A stretch of 64,000 bases of DNA from an uncultured virus (IMG/VR IMGVR_UViG_3300031673_000002) (taxonomy: Duplodnaviria; Heunggongvirae; Uroviricota; Caudoviricetes). The translations under genes were made by a program, and so were the position numbers. The notes beneath the pieces were generated by a model. That model ran no database searches. It was not told the DNA's origin and was given only the letters and a program-made list of their open reading frames with translations. Below are positions 9,801 through 16,214 of this stretch, piece after piece (positions within the stretch are counted from its first letter, which is position 1; every line of letters starts with the position of its first letter). The stretch lies in the IMG/VR virus record IMGVR_UViG_3300031673_000002. One strand, 5' to 3'.

Positions 9801-10944
9801 AGAACCAGTAGCCGACGAGAAGGTGCTCGTCGTCCTTCAGGCTCGCGTTGACCGTGTAGTTGTCTGAGACGCTACCTACAGGGGCCGTGCCGCTCAGCAG
9901 GATGTCGATGTAGTTGGCTCCCGTCGAGTCCTTCAATCGGAACGAGGTGCCTGAGAGAACACTTACCGGCTTGCCCGCCGCCCACGAAAGAGTCTTGCCA
10001 CCAAGATCATAGAGCAGCGCAAAGGAACCAAGCGGATGCCCATCGCTGATGTTGACGATCTGGGCGTAGCCGATGTCAAGTGGGTCAGCATCCTTCGAGA
10101 CGCGGAAGTTCGTAACGTCGGCGCCTGTGCTGTCGAAAGCACACTGGATGAGTCCGCGTACAGCACCAACCCCGGCAGCAGGGATGACGGTAGGCGCTCC
10201 CGGTGCTGTGAGGCGGAGTCCGTCCACGGTGTACGACGAGGTTCCGGCTACGGCTGCGACCGTGATGTCGGTGCCAGAGATGTCCGGCTGCAACGTCGTA
10301 GCGCTCGATCCCGCCGTGATGCCGTTGGTGTGCTCGTCGTCGCGGTGAGCGGTGAGCGCTACGGGGTCAAACCCGCCCCAAGCTCCACCATCCCAACGGA
10401 AGATAGCTCCCTCGGCCAACGCAAGACGGATGTCTCCCTCTTTGTTGAAGGAGGCAGGTCCAACCGGAAGTGAAGCGGCATCCGCTACCGGGTCACGCCA
10501 CGATGAGCGTCCTTGCTGGTCAACTACGTCACGGTCGTCGTAGAAGATGGTTGACAGCGGGACCGTTGCATAGGGGCCGCCCGAAGACAGGTCAGCAACA
10601 CCGACGACGTGAAGCCAAGCGATGTCGGGGTCACCAAGGTAGGACGCCTGGTCCAGCAACTCCACCGATAGGATTGGAGAGTCCAGGTCCACGTACTTAG
10701 CGCGCACCACGAAATAGTTGATGTTGCCGTCGATCGCGGTCAGGGTAATGTCGGCGTCCGAGGTGACGACCGTTCCATCATTGTTGACGAGCACGAATGC
10801 CGTTATGTCAACATCTAGGGACCCTCCATCCGGGACAAGATCGGCTCCGATGACGAAGCCTTTGCCGAACACGTCCTTGAACCTCCGGTTGAGATCCAGA
10901 GTCGAGTCCGGGTTCTTCCACCGAAGGTGCATTTTAAGGGCCAT
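6889..10944 (-). CDS. Tail fibre/spike protein B (1351 aa) with central beta-helix-like region
   Basis: N-terminus MALKMHLRWKNPD is paralogous to fibre A. Pectin-lyase-like beta-helix periodicity (VFDQCMF, VLRDCAI, VMNNCEI, LHNCDF). Similar C-terminal tip domain. Confidence 0.8.
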   Translation of the reverse strand: MALKMHLRWKNPDSTLDLNRRFKDVFGKGFVIGADLVPDGGSLDVDITAFVLVNNDGTVVTSDADITLTAIDGNINYFVVRAKYVDLDSPILSVELLDQASYLGDPDIAWLHVVGVADLSSGGPYATVPLSTIFYDDRDVVDQQGRSSWRDPVADAASLPVGPASFNKEGDIRLALAEGAIFRWDGGAWGGFDPVALTAHRDDEHTNGITAGSSATTLQPDISGTDITVAAVAGTSSYTVDGLRLTAPGAPTVIPAAGVGAVRGLIQCAFDSTGADVTNFRVSKDADPLDIGYAQIVNISDGHPLGSFALLYDLGGKTLSWAAGKPVSVLSGTSFRLKDSTGANYIDILLSGTAPVGSVSDNYTVNASLKDDEHLLVGYWFWDGSTTLILGADKRTFGNLGFEEMSDDFKDTVLYPYWQDTRNRAAATTPTTITGRGGSWFSGGAYSVISGLTVRIEGPIVAYVDGKRFVVDGSYTGLSMTPSMTNYIYVDNEGTLQVSTVNPSTLGGNYALLHRVVAGGASISSALDLRTSETLVSETMSFSHSPRNNYVVLTKDGVAAGFSLAIDDLDAGDVRAVGTVSSENGLFTDAGSGTGVQFGDTNTTPATINLAGGPLAEDLNLTNRMVGASTVSILGALRAAEEARQHKLGIITGCEISSPAGSTVVQINAGRFVDPKGRVITIESPLSVDVDALAPSDGVNVVYWNSTTDAFDVERVSTGVKNEDMPFAIVTLTAGVIYSLVDITLKATGVHSSNRALTVGNDGAVGAQFPSNFPTPYHALAYLVCFDENDSGFSHYGPRTIEIVGRVTINTTPDLAGTVSITMTTTALTGSGTRFLTDFQPGDWIQIGNDEGEVVSVLTDTSMTLANPWVAATKSGDTYGRYAAAGPSAWTFDADGPIFTGLGDDRLRNIRVIGTATDDEKPTIFWGVVGGDGVNTMPAKPLWDFGALGAEMSDWSMRDFRMLYNGSSFAVAGDHSVCMLKDPPPGFLGSRLTLDGGVDISHFVYWETQPVLGGHREGAGIETDGATVFDQCMFVAGESGAFSANTAAFRMDSAAMFGHLVLRDCAIGGNGDVAYAFDISSFTADPNIHVIGGQISDVLTAIFRHEDVGGQNRAKFDAMKILDGVKLSSLGASCKVTPATIFTPIGSEYGPSVVMNNCEIQSNLDLNGTSMATACWATNGVTITIPDHVSLHNCDFDEDAVRSGTPRSELSNSGRLKLGTPLANTAAPQDNTAYANSMVAAHGVLTTVGSGGGVGTTFTLGTESFNIDTPTSYSSGGDDIRVFFRNSMRNAGFTVLANVEDATGALGYYATVGARDSTFFNLDVFNSAGTHINLATTAGIIINVVVIGATA

Positions 10945-11010
10945 TACGTAATCCTCGGACAGTGGGGCTCAAGGGCAGAGTTACTTCAAGGCACCTACCC
11001 CGTAGCACAT

Positions 11011-11214
11011 CTAGCGGATCGGTGTTTCCCAGACGATCTGGAAGTCGGGAAGCGTCGTCGTCTGTATGCCGTACTCGGGTACAGGCATGATCTCTTCCAC
11101 CGTGACCCGGAAGGTACGGGAACGCACTCGTGCCTGGGCGCAGTTGCATCCACCGGAAGAGACCACGTACACACCACAACGAAGGCAGTTACCCAGAAGG
11201 TCAACGCCACTCAT
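11011..11214 (-). CDS. Small Cys-containing hypothetical protein
   Basis: ATG at 11214 overlaps the upstream TGA (ATGA coupling); MSGVDLLGNCLRCG..CNC. Confidence 0.45.
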   Translation of the reverse strand: MSGVDLLGNCLRCGVYVVSSGGCNCAQARVRSRTFRVTVEEIMPVPEYGIQTTTLPDFQIVWETPIR

Positions 11215-11645
11215 CGCTGGATCCCAACGCGGATGGTTAGCTGCTCCGTGTCCAGCTTCGCACGCTGCGGGAGGTTGGCTACAGCCATGATGAAGGTCGT
11301 GTCCAACTCGGGGTCGGCGATGCCGAGAGGCGAGTAGACGATCTGAGCCAGAAGACAGACCGACGAGAACAGGGTTACGCCCTCGCCATAGTCCACCAGG
11401 CACTCCCACACAGGACAGGAGTTGTTGGCGAACGTGAAGCTCGATACCGCCTTCGGCCCGAAGACAACTTCTGGGCACTCATCCAAGGACGGATCGGGTG
11501 CAAGAGCGGTCGTCGGGTCGAGGGGGTCGTGTCCCGCGTTCCCCAGCGAGAAGCCGATGACCGCGTACGCCTTGCCGGTCGCCCATCCCTCTGCTGTACG
11601 ACGCCGCGCTTCGTCGGTAAGGAGTGCTTTGATCTCAAAGGCCAT
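11211..11645 (-). CDS. Tail-collar fibre-like (DUF3751-type) baseplate protein
   Basis: ALLTDEARRR..FSLGNAG..P..K..LTIRV pattern of tail-collar proteins; lies directly upstream of the fibres. Confidence 0.65.
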   Translation of the reverse strand: MAFEIKALLTDEARRRTAEGWATGKAYAVIGFSLGNAGHDPLDPTTALAPDPSLDECPEVVFGPKAVSSFTFANNSCPVWECLVDYGEGVTLFSSVCLLAQIVYSPLGIADPELDTTFIMAVANLPQRAKLDTEQLTIRVGIQR

Positions 11646-11655
11646 GTGGCGTCCT

Positions 11656-13797
11656 TTACGGTGTCAGGTATGCGCCCGGCTTGAGGCTGAGCAGTCGAAG
11701 GGGGGTCACGGGGTCGCCATTAGGCCAGCACGCATCTGACCGGAAGACGTACAAGGGATCGTTGTCGGAGTACGAAGCCGGAGTTACACCATCAAGTTCT
11801 ATGTCGTAGATGGTAAAACCGGTTGTGTGGTGCGTTCCTGATGCGATGGCTGAGGTGATGAAGACTGACGTCGAGGAATCAAAGTACAGCAGGTCGCCGG
11901 GCAGAGGAAGCAGATCGGACATGACCGAGAGTGTCGGTGAGGCGAGCCCAGTAGCTCCTGAGGAGCGTGGAGCGGCGCGGTAGCTCACCACATCACCCGT
12001 CACGAGCGTCTCCAGCAGGGGGCCGCTCAGCTCGATCTCATAGGTGTTCCGCCCCGCCAGCGCGGTGAGCACCGAACCGACCGGCTCTGAGGTGTCCAGG
12101 CGATCCTTCAACGGACGGTAGACGTTTGCGATGAAGGGACCGGCTGCCGGAATGACCGGGTTGCCCGCGATGGTCGCGAAGGAGTTGATGCCGTCGTCGC
12201 TGACCTTAACGATGCTGAACAGATCGGTGGCGTCGACCTGGACCCCCATGCTCTTATGGATCTGCGTGAAGAACCCAAGAGGACCGGTGAGCACCTTCTC
12301 CGTACCCGACAGAGCAAAGGTCACCGTGGCGTCAGACTTGATGATCTGGGCCACGTCATCAAGGACAGGCCAAGCGCTCACAACTTGAAGCTCTGTGTCA
12401 GGGGACTCGAACCGAATCCAGTCCCCCTCATACATGAAGTTCTTGGCGCTCGTAGCCCACAGCGTGGTGTTGCCCGATGCGGGAGCAGGAGCCCCCGCAT
12501 CGGCGTCCACAGTGATCGCAATCCCTTCCAAGATAGGGGGCTCTGGTGTCAGGGATGTTGTCGAGGTAAGGGGGGCGACGAACTTAACCAGGCGCTGACC
12601 GCGTTGAAGTGATGTGTCCAGGCAAGCAGGAGCATCGAACCGACGGGAAAGAGAGAAGCCAGCGAACCCAGTACCGAACGGATCGTCCGGGTCCACCGTG
12701 TCGTGCGTGTCATCCCCGCCACCAAGACCAGTGGCACCCGACCCATCGCTCCCGTCAAAGAACGAACCCTCGTCGTAGAAGCCGAAGTTCAGCGGTGACT
12801 CAACCACCTCATCGAAAGGTAGCTGGGGAGAGTTCATCACGATGTCGAGGGAAGAGATTACCTGTGCCCAGGTACGAACATCCCCATCGCAGGAAGTGTT
12901 GAACTCGATGTCATTACACTCTGGGCTAAGAGGATCGATGTAGTGAACCTCGGTGCCCTCCCCGTTGTACCGGAGAAGGATCTGGCGATCGTCCTTGCTC
13001 ACAAGAGACAGAGGCTTCGGCGCGGGGACATCTTCCCCGCCCATAGCAAGCACCATCTGGAACAGTGCTTGATGTGCTGCCAAGCAGTGGTTCGGGTACC
13101 AGAGGTCAAGAACCCGCCCGAGGGCATCACCACGCAGTGGTCTCGTCGTCACGTACGGGTAGAAGTCCGTCCGACCCGGCTCGTTGAACTCAGACAAGTG
13201 GAGACGGGAGACAGGGGGCGTGGAGTAGGAGACCGCAGAAGCTACTTGACGAACACCGTCACCATGACCGAGACGCTCCCCCATCGAAGTCATGAGTGCT
13301 AAGCGTGTCTGCTGAATCTTCGGCATACGCGCTGGCAAGAACAGGTCCGCGTATGGAATGAGGTGGGCGGAGATGCGCGTGGTCCACGGGGTGTTGAGGT
13401 TGTTCTCGATGTCCGTCTGTCGTTTGCCGACAGCCAGGTAAACCTCGCGCCCTAGAGTTCGGAACCAAGACTCGATCGCCGTAGCCGCTACCGTCACCAC
13501 CGTCTTCTGGGTAGGCGTCGTCACCTCAATGCGGTTGGCCCCCTTAGTCAGTTGAAGGTAGACGGTGTACTTGGACTCGCCGGGTACAAACGAGGTGCTG
13601 CTCGTTCGGTTGATGGTGAACTCGTGGGGCTGGTCTGGCTCATCCGTCTCCAGGATGAAGACCGAGGGCTCCGCCGACCACGCCACATAGTATGGCCGCC
13701 TCACGTAAAAAGACGACACAGGCACAGGCGTGGCGTTACGAACGTCTTCGACGTTGGGGTCGAACAAGCCGGGCTGCGGATAGAGCCGGAGGGTCAT
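11656..13797 (-). CDS. Baseplate/tail structural protein (713 aa)
   Basis: First gene of the fibre operon; beta-rich C-terminal repeats; acidic FGFYDEGSFFDG stretch. Confidence 0.6.
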   Translation of the reverse strand: MTLRLYPQPGLFDPNVEDVRNATPVPVSSFYVRRPYYVAWSAEPSVFILETDEPDQPHEFTINRTSSTSFVPGESKYTVYLQLTKGANRIEVTTPTQKTVVTVAATAIESWFRTLGREVYLAVGKRQTDIENNLNTPWTTRISAHLIPYADLFLPARMPKIQQTRLALMTSMGERLGHGDGVRQVASAVSYSTPPVSRLHLSEFNEPGRTDFYPYVTTRPLRGDALGRVLDLWYPNHCLAAHQALFQMVLAMGGEDVPAPKPLSLVSKDDRQILLRYNGEGTEVHYIDPLSPECNDIEFNTSCDGDVRTWAQVISSLDIVMNSPQLPFDEVVESPLNFGFYDEGSFFDGSDGSGATGLGGGDDTHDTVDPDDPFGTGFAGFSLSRRFDAPACLDTSLQRGQRLVKFVAPLTSTTSLTPEPPILEGIAITVDADAGAPAPASGNTTLWATSAKNFMYEGDWIRFESPDTELQVVSAWPVLDDVAQIIKSDATVTFALSGTEKVLTGPLGFFTQIHKSMGVQVDATDLFSIVKVSDDGINSFATIAGNPVIPAAGPFIANVYRPLKDRLDTSEPVGSVLTALAGRNTYEIELSGPLLETLVTGDVVSYRAAPRSSGATGLASPTLSVMSDLLPLPGDLLYFDSSTSVFITSAIASGTHHTTGFTIYDIELDGVTPASYSDNDPLYVFRSDACWPNGDPVTPLRLLSLKPGAYLTP

Positions 13798-13857
13798 GTG
13801 CTAGGGTGCCAGCAAACAGGGGTTCCCTACGCCCGAGTACGACGCCGCTCACCCAAA

Positions 13858-13890
13858 AGAAAAGGCCCAGCATGTGCTGGGGCCTTTTCT
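13858..13890. terminator. Bidirectional intrinsic terminator
   Basis: agaaaaggcccagca-tg-tgctggggccttttct hairpin with A/T tracts on both sides, downstream of 13911-14237. Confidence 0.8.
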
Positions 13891-13910
13891 GATTGCTTGC
13901 TTCCTTATTG

Positions 13911-14237
13911 TTACACAGGACGACCATGCGAAGAGTGTCTGCTCTTCACGATGGTCGGAGGATTCGTTCCGCAGACCTCCAGGGCATAGTCGGCGTACTC
14001 AAGCCACTCCCTCGTCCGTGGCTTATCCGACCGGAGCCGATCTGAGGGGACCAACGCAAGAACATCCACGTGCCTCGCAAGCGTAACTGCTTCGTGAACG
14101 AGCTTCCTCGCGTCATCTTGACTCTTGGAGTCGTCCACGATGAGCTTCGTACCGCTAGGTACGTCACGCTCTAGGGCGCGGTGACGCGCAGCGGTGATCA
14201 TGAGAGTCTCGGCAGCGACGATGTGTACGGTCAGCAT
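13911..14237 (-). CDS. Small protein resembling the C-terminal half of a RecA/DnaB ATPase fold
   Basis: LIVDD (Walker B-like), TLARHVDVLALV, EYADYALEV and IVKSRH occur in the order of DnaB motifs H2-H4 and the KxR finger; no Walker A. Confidence 0.5.
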   Translation of the reverse strand: MLTVHIVAAETLMITAARHRALERDVPSGTKLIVDDSKSQDDARKLVHEAVTLARHVDVLALVPSDRLRSDKPRTREWLEYADYALEVCGTNPPTIVKSRHSSHGRPV

Positions 14238-14246
14238 CGGGGTCTC

Positions 14247-14495
14247 CTAGGCGTCACCGTCTAACACGGAACCCCAATCAAACTTCACAACATCGGGGAC
14301 TTCGAGGATAACCACGCCCGGCATTGCTCGTATCTCGCGTATGTCTACTGTCCTCTCTGGGAGAGAATAGTGAGCGGCGACCGTCGTCTTGAAGTAGACA
14401 ATAGTCTCCGTCTCCTCGTCTTGGTAGATGTCGTGGCAGGGATGGGTGTCCGTGGACCCCAGCTCGCAGCCGCCGCCTACGTGATTCCAAGCCAT
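14247..14495 (-). CDS. Hypothetical protein
   Basis: 82-aa ORF in a tightly packed minus-strand operon. Confidence 0.6.
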   Translation of the reverse strand: MAWNHVGGGCELGSTDTHPCHDIYQDEETETIVYFKTTVAAHYSLPERTVDIREIRAMPGVVILEVPDVVKFDWGSVLDGDA

Positions 14496-14513
14496 CCGCG
14501 TACCCCAGCAGCT

Positions 14514-15038
14514 TCAGGGCTGCGTCTCTTCCGGTGGCTCGATAGCGGGCGCGTCGGTGTCTTGGACGCTCTCAGTCGCCGCACGGTACGCAGCGAGAGC
14601 AGCGGCGCTCTCCTCTTCGGTCGGAGTCGGTCGCCCCGTAACGTGAGGCGCTCCGAAGTCAACGCCATGAGCGACGTCACCAGGACCGACGATGATTGGC
14701 TGCCCGTCTGTACCAACAAGGCGAGAATCAGGCGTCAGGATCCGGGACTCAGGTTCCGGCTGGCTCGCCGCCTTGAGGAGAGCCCCACCAATCGCCAGCC
14801 CAAGCACCTCGCTCTGCTCAACCAAATCCTTCGGCATCCCCATGTTCTCCGCATTACGCGCGTAGGCATCACCCGCCGCTTTGAGGCAGGAGATGACAGC
14901 ACCGGGATTCAACAGGCAACGCTGAGCGATGTCGATCGCAGCTTGCGCCACGATCATCACATCCTGCGGTGAAGGCTTTTCTGTCGGCTGGATGGGAAGT
15001 ACACGGTTCGCGGGCACTTTGATTTGCTTGGCAGACAT
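14514..15038 (-). CDS. Hypothetical protein
   Basis: 174-aa ORF with a helical N-terminus and acidic/Pro-rich tail. Confidence 0.65.
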   Translation of the reverse strand: MSAKQIKVPANRVLPIQPTEKPSPQDVMIVAQAAIDIAQRCLLNPGAVISCLKAAGDAYARNAENMGMPKDLVEQSEVLGLAIGGALLKAASQPEPESRILTPDSRLVGTDGQPIIVGPGDVAHGVDFGAPHVTGRPTPTEEESAAALAAYRAATESVQDTDAPAIEPPEETQP

Positions 15039-15069
15039 CTGTAGTCGATCCGATGTTTGTGTGAGGGGG

Positions 15070-15101
15070 TCGGGTAGCGCGCGGTACTGTGCGCTACCCG
15101 A
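15070..15101. other. GC-rich hairpin after the DUF2829 gene
   Basis: 11-bp perfect stem tcgggtagcgc/gcgctacccga with a 10-nt loop and no U-tract. Confidence 0.6.
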
Positions 15102-15106
15102 GAGTG

Positions 15107-15454
15107 TCAGTCAACAACGCCCCAGTCGTCGGCGAGCATATCGCCCTGCGACGCCAGCCACCCCGGGCACCACGTGCCCTTCGTGAAGATCACGAAGTAC
15201 CCCTGGACCTTGAGGTCTTGACCATCAGCGACGTACTTCTTGGTACGCTCGTTGATGAGGTCAGCCGGAATCGTGGTCCCGCCCATGTAGCAGACCCACT
15301 GGTCCTTGCCGTTCCAGCCCGAACGGCTGAGCTTCTTGCCTTCCTTGAGTTGAGCAAGCGCCCAACCGAAGGATCTCGCCCACCCTACCGTAGAGGGCTC
15401 TTCCTTGACGAGAAGGTCTTCGATGTTACCGACGTAGGGTTCTTTGTTTCTCAT
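15107..15454 (-). CDS. DUF2829 / Thoeris anti-defence 2 (Tad2)-like protein
   Basis: FGWALAQLKEGKKLSRSGWNGK..WLASQGDMLADDW matches the DUF2829 signature. Confidence 0.85.
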   Translation of the reverse strand: MRNKEPYVGNIEDLLVKEEPSTVGWARSFGWALAQLKEGKKLSRSGWNGKDQWVCYMGGTTIPADLINERTKKYVADGQDLKVQGYFVIFTKGTWCPGWLASQGDMLADDWGVVD

Positions 15455-15464
15455 ATCTCTTTCC

Positions 15465-16214
15465 TTATCTGTTCTTCAACTTGGCTTCAAAGCCATCGAT
15501 CCAGGCCGTCCGTTCGACGCCCCACCGACGGCCCTCAAAAACAAATCCGACCCGCGTTCTCGTTGCGTCGCCCCACGGAATCCACGCGGCATCTACGTTC
15601 TGTACGATCTCCTCCCGGAGTAGCGTCCACACCGGGGTCGCCTCGGATCCGGTGTTTATGTACGCGCGAATCGTGTCACGGTCGACGATGGCGCCGTTCA
15701 GCGTCGGGATCACGTCGAGCCTGATCTGGTACCAAGTATCAGCGGCGACCGCGTAGAGAGAATTGTACTCCTCCCGAACGATAGGGGTCTGATCGATGAA
15801 CGCCATAGTTAACCCGGTCGCTTGGTTGAGGGCGAACGCCGCGCCGCGCCCGATCACGAGGAGATAGCCGCCTGGTAACGTGGGAGCAACGCCGCCCGCT
15901 TTGACCGCGATCCCCACCAACATTGTATCTGAGCTACTGGCCTCAGCTTCGACGCGAACCCATGCCCGAACGCTAACGGCCTTGGTGTCCGGGATGGCGG
16001 TGAACTCCGGGTAGAGAGTGGCGTCGAGGCGATAAGACGCGGCGATCTTGTCCCCGTTGTTCCCCGTGACGGACTTAAACTTGCGAGCGTCGTTGCCGTT
16101 CAGCGTCAACGGCGAGGAGAGCGCAGAGTTGATCTGTTGTGATGCGTCGTCGCCGCCAACCCACCCTTGGGAGCCGCCTTTGTAGAACGATGTATCCCAG
16201 TCTGTGAAAGCCAT
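15465..16214 (-). CDS. Virion-associated jelly-roll/lectin-like protein
   Basis: SVRAWVR..DTWYQIRLDV..RVGFVF..WIDGF beta-sandwich pattern; translationally coupled to 16214-18541. Confidence 0.55.
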   Translation of the reverse strand: MAFTDWDTSFYKGGSQGWVGGDDASQQINSALSSPLTLNGNDARKFKSVTGNNGDKIAASYRLDATLYPEFTAIPDTKAVSVRAWVRVEAEASSSDTMLVGIAVKAGGVAPTLPGGYLLVIGRGAAFALNQATGLTMAFIDQTPIVREEYNSLYAVAADTWYQIRLDVIPTLNGAIVDRDTIRAYINTGSEATPVWTLLREEIVQNVDAAWIPWGDATRTRVGFVFEGRRWGVERTAWIDGFEAKLKNR

